Of a stretch of 29,590 bases of DNA, positions 24,997 to 29,590 are shown one piece after another. Source of the DNA: a virus (Duplodnaviria > Caudoviricetes); IMG/VR virus record IMGVR_UViG_3300049780_000012, positions 1-29,590 of that record. The stretch is one strand, 5' to 3'. The translations under genes and the position numbers were made by a program. Under the pieces are notes generated by a model. The model was given only the letters and a program-made list of their open reading frames with translations, was not told the DNA's origin and did no database searches. How positions within the stretch are numbered: the first letter of the stretch is position 1; each line of letters opens with the position of its first letter.

Positions 24997-26580
24997 CTAT
25001 CGGAACACCACAACACGGTTGTCTTCGGGCTCGCCGCCCCAGCCGGCGGCCAGCGCATCAGCACGCGCCTCGTACGCCAGCGCGGCGCCGACCACGCTGT
25101 CGATCTTTCGGTTGGACTGGTCGTGCTCCTTGCGCACCAGCCGATGCCCGCCCTTACGGCGGACGTAGGCGTTGCCGAAGTGCTCCACGAACACCGGATC
25201 GCCCGAGTGCCACACCGCACCGTTCATCAGGTCCGTGCGCAGCCGGTCCAGCGCCGCGGCCATCTGCACGTCCCGGCGGGTCTCCCACGAGATCACCCGC
25301 TCGGCGCCCAACTCCTCAGCGAGGGTGTCGACGTCGGAACGCCACTCGTGGGGGTCGGCGTACAGCCGAGACACCCGGTAGCGGGCGAACGCCTCCCGGA
25401 TGGCGGCCAGCACATCCGACCGGGGAACCTCCCACCAGTTGCCCTCCGGCCCGCTCGGCTTCGCCCACACACCCACCGGGAACAGGAACCCGTCCGTCAT
25501 GCGGACGCCGATCAGCACCGTCGCGTCGTCCCGCAGCGACCCGTCGAACCCGAGCGCGATCGGCGTACCAGGCTCGACCGCCTCAGCGCGGGCCTGCCGC
25601 TCCACCACGTCCAGCGGGATCCACGCGTCTTTCGTCGACAGCGGCCGGTTCAGGTAGTAGCGGGCCGCCTCCGCGTCGTCCGCGCAGATCCGCGGGTCAC
25701 GCATGTTCCGGTAGATCCGGTCCAGGTCCAGCCAGCCGGCCGCCTCGCCGTACACCTGCCGCAACTGCGCCTTGGTGTGCGCCTCGTCGTCCAGGTCGAT
25801 GCGGCCCTTGGCCTCGCGGTGGTCCATCAGCACCGACGGCGACAGCTCACCCTTCCGCCAGGCGGTCAGGGTGTCCTCCGCGACAGATTGCTCGCCCGGC
25901 CTGTATGCCGTGGTGGTCTGCAGGAGCCACGGCTGGTCCCGCTTGCCGAGGTTCCGGCTGACCGTGCCGTACATGCTCTTCAGCTCGCGCAGCACGTACA
26001 GGTGCGTCTCGTCGGCGACGACGAAGGTCTCCTTGCCGCCGTCCTTTGACGCCGAACCCGACGTGCACGCGCGGATCTCACCGCCGTGGGGCAGGTAGAG
26101 CGCAGTCGCGGACTGGTAGTTGCGGGCGCCGCTGATGTCCCCGTAAATCTCCGGGTGGTTGTCCTTGCCCCACTCGCCGCAGATGAACGCGATGTTCTCG
26201 AAAGTATTTCCGGCTTGGCTTTCTTCGGTCGCCAACGCCTTCAACAGGGGCGTGCGGACAGGCCTACCGACCGGCTGACCGTCGGCGTTCCAACCGTCGA
26301 ACCGGACCGGGCCCAGCGCCTCCGCCACCCCGACCCAGCCGGCCAGCTCCGACTTCGCCCGCCCCTTCGGCCGCGACAGCACCGCCTCGTCGTACACCCG
26401 CCGGCCCGTCACCGGATCGATCCGGTACGCCTCCACCAGGAACCGCAACCACTCCCGATCCAGCTCGATCGGCTCGCCGGCGATGTCACCCGGCCCGTGG
26501 CAGCAGTAGGCAGTGATCCAGTCGGCGACCTCGTAGCCCAGCGACGGAACATGCCCGTCGAACAGCGGCTTCCACGGCAC
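24997..26580 (-). CDS. terL: Terminase large subunit
   Basis: Walker A SRPKGRAKS, Walker B VVADETH, nuclease GFDGS..DDAT and RKID; GGAGG SD before GTG at 26580. Confidence 0.93.
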   Translation of the reverse strand: MPWKPLFDGHVPSLGYEVADWITAYCCHGPGDIAGEPIELDREWLRFLVEAYRIDPVTGRRVYDEAVLSRPKGRAKSELAGWVGVAEALGPVRFDGWNADGQPVGRPVRTPLLKALATEESQAGNTFENIAFICGEWGKDNHPEIYGDISGARNYQSATALYLPHGGEIRACTSGSASKDGGKETFVVADETHLYVLRELKSMYGTVSRNLGKRDQPWLLQTTTAYRPGEQSVAEDTLTAWRKGELSPSVLMDHREAKGRIDLDDEAHTKAQLRQVYGEAAGWLDLDRIYRNMRDPRICADDAEAARYYLNRPLSTKDAWIPLDVVERQARAEAVEPGTPIALGFDGSLRDDATVLIGVRMTDGFLFPVGVWAKPSGPEGNWWEVPRSDVLAAIREAFARYRVSRLYADPHEWRSDVDTLAEELGAERVISWETRRDVQMAAALDRLRTDLMNGAVWHSGDPVFVEHFGNAYVRRKGGHRLVRKEHDQSNRKIDSVVGAALAYEARADALAAGWGGEPEDNRVVVFR

Positions 26581-26581
26581 G

Positions 26582-27001
26582 TCAGCCTCCGGATGCCTCA
26601 CGGAACTTGTCCAGCGCAGTCACCGTGCCCGGACCCTTACCGCCCGGCACCGACGGCGCCTGAGCACCCCGAGCACCCCGGTACTGCGGGCGCTTGCCCG
26701 TCTTCGGATCCGGCAGCCGAAGCGCCGCCAGCAGCTGCTTCATCAGGTTCGCCGTGGCGTTCGCCTGCGTCAGCGCCGCATCGATCTTCAGCTCGTAGTC
26801 GTCGGTCTGAAGCCGGTGCGTCAGCCGCGCCCACGAGTCCACGTCACCGCGCAGCAGGGCGTCGAGTTTGTCCAGACGGTCCTTCGCCCGGCACGCCTCC
26901 AGCAGCTGCACCTTCTGCACCGGGTCAAGCTCGTAGTCGTCGGCTACCGACTTCCACAACTCCCGGCCGCCAGCGCCCAGCCCGATCGGAATGGCAGTCA
27001 C
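26582..27001 (-). CDS. terS: Terminase small subunit
   Basis: GGRELW...LLEACRAKDRLDKL...QLLAALRLPD; GGGAGGTGA SD; directly before TerL. Confidence 0.85.
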   Translation of the reverse strand: MTAIPIGLGAGGRELWKSVADDYELDPVQKVQLLEACRAKDRLDKLDALLRGDVDSWARLTHRLQTDDYELKIDAALTQANATANLMKQLLAALRLPDPKTGKRPQYRGARGAQAPSVPGGKGPGTVTALDKFREASGG

Positions 27002-27039
27002 GCTGAGTCACCTCCCGGCGAGAACTCAGGGGTCCGGAC

Positions 27040-27116
27040 AGCGAGCCACCTCCCCGGCGGTCCGGCTGACCTGCGGCTTTGGGGGTGGGTCCCCACCCCT
27101 CACTCACTGTGAGTGA
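27040..27116. other. Candidate cos/packaging region
   Basis: Gap between HNH and TerS with palindromes GGGGTGGG-TC-CCCACCCC and TCACTCAC-T-GTGAGTGA. Position is typical of cos sites in HNH-type phages; the cut site is not demonstrable from this sequence. Confidence 0.45.
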
Positions 27117-27445
27117 CGGTCGACCTCGCGTCTCCACCCTCGGTTACATGGTTGATGAGCTGGACCGCGATAGCCGTGCCGGTCATCCGTGTGGTCCAGG
27201 TCCCACGCTTGGCCGGGCAGGATGCGTCGGGCGGGCATGACACAGGTGGGTGCGGCGCAGTCCACCTCGCCCCGTTCCACCTTGGGTCGCCAGCGCCGCC
27301 GCTCGGCCTCGTGCGCCGCGCCGTACCCGCGTTGGTGTCTGCTGCCTCGTGCCTGATCTGCCTGTTGTCGGTGCGGTCCGCATCGGCCGCCGGTTGTGAG
27401 CTGAGGGCATCCAGGTACTGAGCAGACGCGCATCGCGCGACGCAT
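27104..27445 (-). CDS. HNH endonuclease (terminase-associated)
   Basis: CSVPGC...C..H N-terminal Zn motif, RGYG, CAAPTC, WDLDH...H..CN; ATG at 27445. Confidence 0.85.
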   Translation of the reverse strand: MRRAMRVCSVPGCPQLTTGGRCGPHRQQADQARGSRHQRGYGAAHEAERRRWRPKVERGEVDCAAPTCVMPARRILPGQAWDLDHTDDRHGYRGPAHQPCNRGWRREVDRHSQ

Positions 27446-27447
27446 GG

Positions 27448-27549
27448 CTACGCCGGCCAGAGGTTCCGCTTGACCAGCACGGCGACCGCGCCGAGTGCGA
27501 CGGCTTCGAGCGTGAACAGCGAGATGGCTGTGACCATGTCCCAGTTCAT
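27448..27549 (-). CDS. 33-aa single-TM peptide
   Basis: GGAGGT SD, MNWDMVTAISLFTLEAVALGAVAVLVKRNLWPA, ends 2 nt before the HNH ATG; below the ORF track size cutoff. Confidence 0.65.
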   Translation of the reverse strand: MNWDMVTAISLFTLEAVALGAVAVLVKRNLWPA

Positions 27550-27552
27550 CCG

Positions 27553-27645
27553 CTACCTCCCGGGCCAGTGGATGGCGCACAGGGCGACGCCGATACCGAC
27601 GACAACAGCCAGGATGGCGGCGAGCAGCGCGTACGGGACGCGCAC
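27553..27645 (-). CDS. 30-aa single-TM peptide
   Basis: GGGGGTGA SD, GTG start, MRVPYALLAAILAVVVGIGVALCAIHWPGR. Confidence 0.6.
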   Translation of the reverse strand: MRVPYALLAAILAVVVGIGVALCAIHWPGR

Positions 27646-27666
27646 CGTGTCACCCCCGGGCATGGG

Positions 27667-27702
27667 GAAGCCCCGCCGTCCTGGGGGGAATGGCGGGGCT
27701 CC
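27667..27702 (-). terminator. Leader hairpin downstream of the late promoter
   Basis: GGAGCCCCGCC...GGCGGGGCTTC stem starting about 20 nt after the predicted TSS; weak U-tract. Confidence 0.55.
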
Positions 27703-27726
27703 GAAGACACTGGTAGTGCTGCACTC

Positions 27727-27755
27727 AGCGTAAGAATCGGACATTCCTCTGTCAA
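27727..27755 (-). promoter_or_regulatory. Sigma70/HrdB-type late promoter TTGACA-N17-TACGCT
   Basis: Perfect -35 at 27755-27750, 17-nt spacer, TANNNT -10 at 27732-27727, at the head of the late operon. Confidence 0.85.
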
Positions 27756-28453
27756 GCTGCCGGGCAGCGCGCCGCGCGTTCCTTCCGCTGCTGCTCCTGC
27801 GCCCGCAGCCTGGCGGCCAACGCCTGCGCCTTGGCCAGCTCCCGGTGCCGCTTGACGAACTCGGCCAGCTCGTCGATGTGCTGCCGGTCCCACACCGCCC
27901 CGCACGCCATGCAGCAGGCCGTGCCCTTGTCGAGGCGCACCCGCAGCACGTCCCGCTTCTCACAGACCATGCACGGCGAGTTGGGCCGCCAGGCGGGCAC
28001 ATGCCAGCCGACGACGGTGGCGGCCCACAGTCGCCAGACGCGCATGTTGTCGAGCAGGCTCTGCTGCTTGTCGGAGTCGAGGCCGCCGGCGGCGCCGACG
28101 AGGGCGCGGATGTTGGAGGTGACGCTGTCGCGCATCGGGATGCGCAGGTCCATCATCCAGAGCGCGGCGCTGGCCTCGATGGCGAGGAGCCGGTCGACGG
28201 CGTCGAGGCGGGCCGGCGGGGTGCTGCCGGGCTTGCTCTTCGCCGCGGGTCCCTGCGGGTCGACGTACACCTCACCGGGCATGACGGCGGCGGCGAGCTG
28301 GTCGAGCAGGGACGGCTGCTCGGTGACCCACACCCGCCGCATCACCTTGTTGCGGTGTTCGTTGCGGTCGGGGATGGGCTCGGCGTGCTTGGTGGGCTCG
28401 GTGAGCTGGTCGGCGGTGCTGGCGATGGCGGTGAGCATGTCGGCGCGGTCCAT
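27752..28453 (-). CDS. Zn-ribbon protein before the late operon (DUF7341-like from memory; putative late regulator), 233 aa
   Basis: PSLLDQL...PGSTPPARLDAVD...GW...CMVC...CMACGAVW; AAGGGGGG SD before ATG at 28453. Confidence 0.7.
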   Translation of the reverse strand: MDRADMLTAIASTADQLTEPTKHAEPIPDRNEHRNKVMRRVWVTEQPSLLDQLAAAVMPGEVYVDPQGPAAKSKPGSTPPARLDAVDRLLAIEASAALWMMDLRIPMRDSVTSNIRALVGAAGGLDSDKQQSLLDNMRVWRLWAATVVGWHVPAWRPNSPCMVCEKRDVLRVRLDKGTACCMACGAVWDRQHIDELAEFVKRHRELAKAQALAARLRAQEQQRKERAARCPAA

Positions 28454-28517
28454 GTCGTGGTCCCCCCTTGTAGGCTTGCCGGTGGGTATGAGCTGCCGCC
28501 TACTGGGTGTGCTGCTC

Positions 28518-28554
28518 CGGTGGGGCCGGGACTGGGCGAGTCCTGGCCCCACCG
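28518..28554. terminator. 16-bp inverted repeat after the 19-aa peptide gene
   Basis: CGGTGGGGCCGGGACT-GGGCG-AGTCCTGGCCCCACCG; the single imperfect position is G-U on the plus strand. Confidence 0.65.
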
Positions 28555-28560
28555 TCGTTC

Positions 28561-28620
28561 TCAGCGGCCGTAGGTCTGCCACACGTAGTCGAGCAGCGCG
28601 TACAGGGCGTCGAGCTTCAT
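28561..28620 (-). CDS. 19-aa peptide MKLDALYALLDYVWQTYGR
   Basis: Near-perfect SD AGGGAGGTGA just upstream of ATG; nearly all codons end in G/C; followed by a strong hairpin. Confidence 0.6.
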   Translation of the reverse strand: MKLDALYALLDYVWQTYGR

Positions 28621-28634
28621 GTCCTCACCTCCCT

Positions 28635-29590
28635 TCACAGGCCGATGCCGGAGGCGGGGTTCTTCCGCCACCGGTCCACTTCTTCGAGGTAGCCGAACAG
28701 GGCCGCGGAGCCCTCTTTCCAGCCGCCGTGCCGGGCGATGCGCACGAGGTCGGCGTCGGGCGCGGCGTACGCGGCGGTGGCGAACCCGCGCCGCAGCGAG
28801 TGCCCCGAGTACGCGGCGGCTGCGTCGAGGCCGGCGGCTTCAGCAGCGCGGCGGATGATGTTGGCGACGGTCTCGCCGGTGATGCGCCCGTCGGCGTCGC
28901 CTCTGCCGTGGGCGGCGTGCCCGAGCCGGCCGTGCCGGTCGACGCGCACGAACAGCGGCCCGTCCTGCCGGCCGTGGTGGGCGAGGGCGGTGCGCCACTG
29001 CTCGACGGCCCGGACGGGGCAGGTGGCGAGGTTCGAGCCGTACGGCACGGCCACGACCCGGCCCCGGCCCTCCTTGTCGGTCTTGGACAGCCGGACGGTG
29101 ACCTGCAACCCCTCGGGGTGGGGTTCGAGGTCGGTCAGGTTGAGGGCGGCGATCTCGGAGCGGCGGGCGCCCATGGCGAAGCCGAGGACGATGACGGCAC
29201 GGTCGCGGACTCCGACGAGGGTGTCGGGGTCGAGGGTGGCGACCATGGCCCGCAGGGCGGTGAGGGTGAGCGCGGGTGCCCGTTTCACGGTGCCGCCGGC
29301 TTTGGCGTACCGCTTGCGGTAGCCGCGCAGGACTTCCCGCGCCCCGCGCCGGTCCGGTTCGCCGTGCCCGGCCGTCTGGTGGGCTTTGGTGATCGCGGCG
29401 AGGGCCTTGCCGATGGACGACGGGGCGAGGTCGCGGCCGGCGAGGTGCGCGGCGTATTCCGCGAGGGTTTCGGCGGTGGCGGGCAGCGGGGTGCGCTCCT
29501 GCTCCCGGCACCACTTGGTGAACCGGTCCCATTCTTCGCGGTAGGCGCGGCGGGTGGTGGCGGGGGTGGCTTCGTCGATGAGGTCCCAGA
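28635..29590 (-). CDS. Cre-like tyrosine recombinase (5' end outside the window)
   Basis: Frame is open to the window end: TRRAYREEWDRFTKWC...PLPATAETLAEY SAM-like domain; catalytic RRSE, SKTD, HSLR, GGW (W as in Cre) and GY. Confidence 0.9.
   Translation of the reverse strand, partial: WDLIDEATPATTRRAYREEWDRFTKWCREQERTPLPATAETLAEYAAHLAGRDLAPSSIGKALAAITKAHQTAGHGEPDRRGAREVLRGYRKRYAKAGGTVKRAPALTLTALRAMVATLDPDTLVGVRDRAVIVLGFAMGARRSEIAALNLTDLEPHPEGLQVTVRLSKTDKEGRGRVVAVPYGSNLATCPVRAVEQWRTALAHHGRQDGPLFVRVDRHGRLGHAAHGRGDADGRITGETVANIIRRAAEAAGLDAAAAYSGHSLRRGFATAAYAAPDADLVRIARHGGWKEGSAALFGYLEEVDRWRKNPASGIGL

Larger units (their letters stand above)
1898..29590 (-). mobile_element. Temperate siphovirus (prophage or phage-plasmid) late region, actinobacterial
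   Basis: Canonical gene order HNH-TerS-TerL-portal-minor capsid-scaffold-decoration-MCP-neck-MTP-TAC-TMP-minor tail-lysis, all on the minus strand with frequent GTGA/ATGA/TGATG overlaps. Element boundaries and att sites are not visible. Confidence 0.95.

Noticed and set aside
28635-29288. Recombinase as a 217-aa truncated pseudogene
   Set aside because: The frame stays open to the window end and encodes the N-terminal SAM-like domain; the short call is a window artefact.
1-29590. CRISPR arrays, tRNA/rRNA genes, IS elements, DGR or reverse transcriptase, att sites
   Set aside because: No regularly spaced repeats, cloverleaf, transposase or RT motifs were seen by eye; the spike-domain duplication is diverged throughout rather than adenine-specific.

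Overview
High-GC actinobacterial DNA (Micromonospora/Streptomyces-like by gene style; the host is inferred, not shown). Most of the window is the complete late region of a temperate siphovirus on the minus strand. Reading right to left: Cre-like tyrosine recombinase (truncated by the window end), a 19-aa peptide, a Zn-ribbon putative late regulator, a consensus TTGACA-N17-TACGCT promoter with a leader hairpin, two tiny membrane ORFs, HNH, TerS, TerL, portal, minor capsid protein, scaffold, decoration protein, major capsid, head-tail adaptor, an inserted cassette (beta-helix spike, a paralogous beta-domain gene and an antisense Wzy/O-antigen-ligase-like gene), stopper, neck and tail genes, tail assembly chaperones with a CCCTTTC -1 frameshift, tape measure protein, a large minor tail protein, a glycoside hydrolase-peptidase fusion lysin with two apparent internal starts, and three lysis membrane proteins. 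At the left end, a plus-strand FtsK/SpoIIIE (TraB-like) operon converges on the holin across a UUCG-loop terminator. Main observations: (i) three small antisense genes, each with a TANNNT box 6-7 nt before the start (leaderless), sit between late genes alongside the antisense Wzy-like gene and may form a dispersed lysogenic surface-conversion system; (ii) the tripartite nested lysin; (iii) TraB-like and Cre-like genes flanking a full virion operon, suggesting a phage-plasmid or conjugative hybrid. All family calls are by motif recognition by eye; no database search was run.
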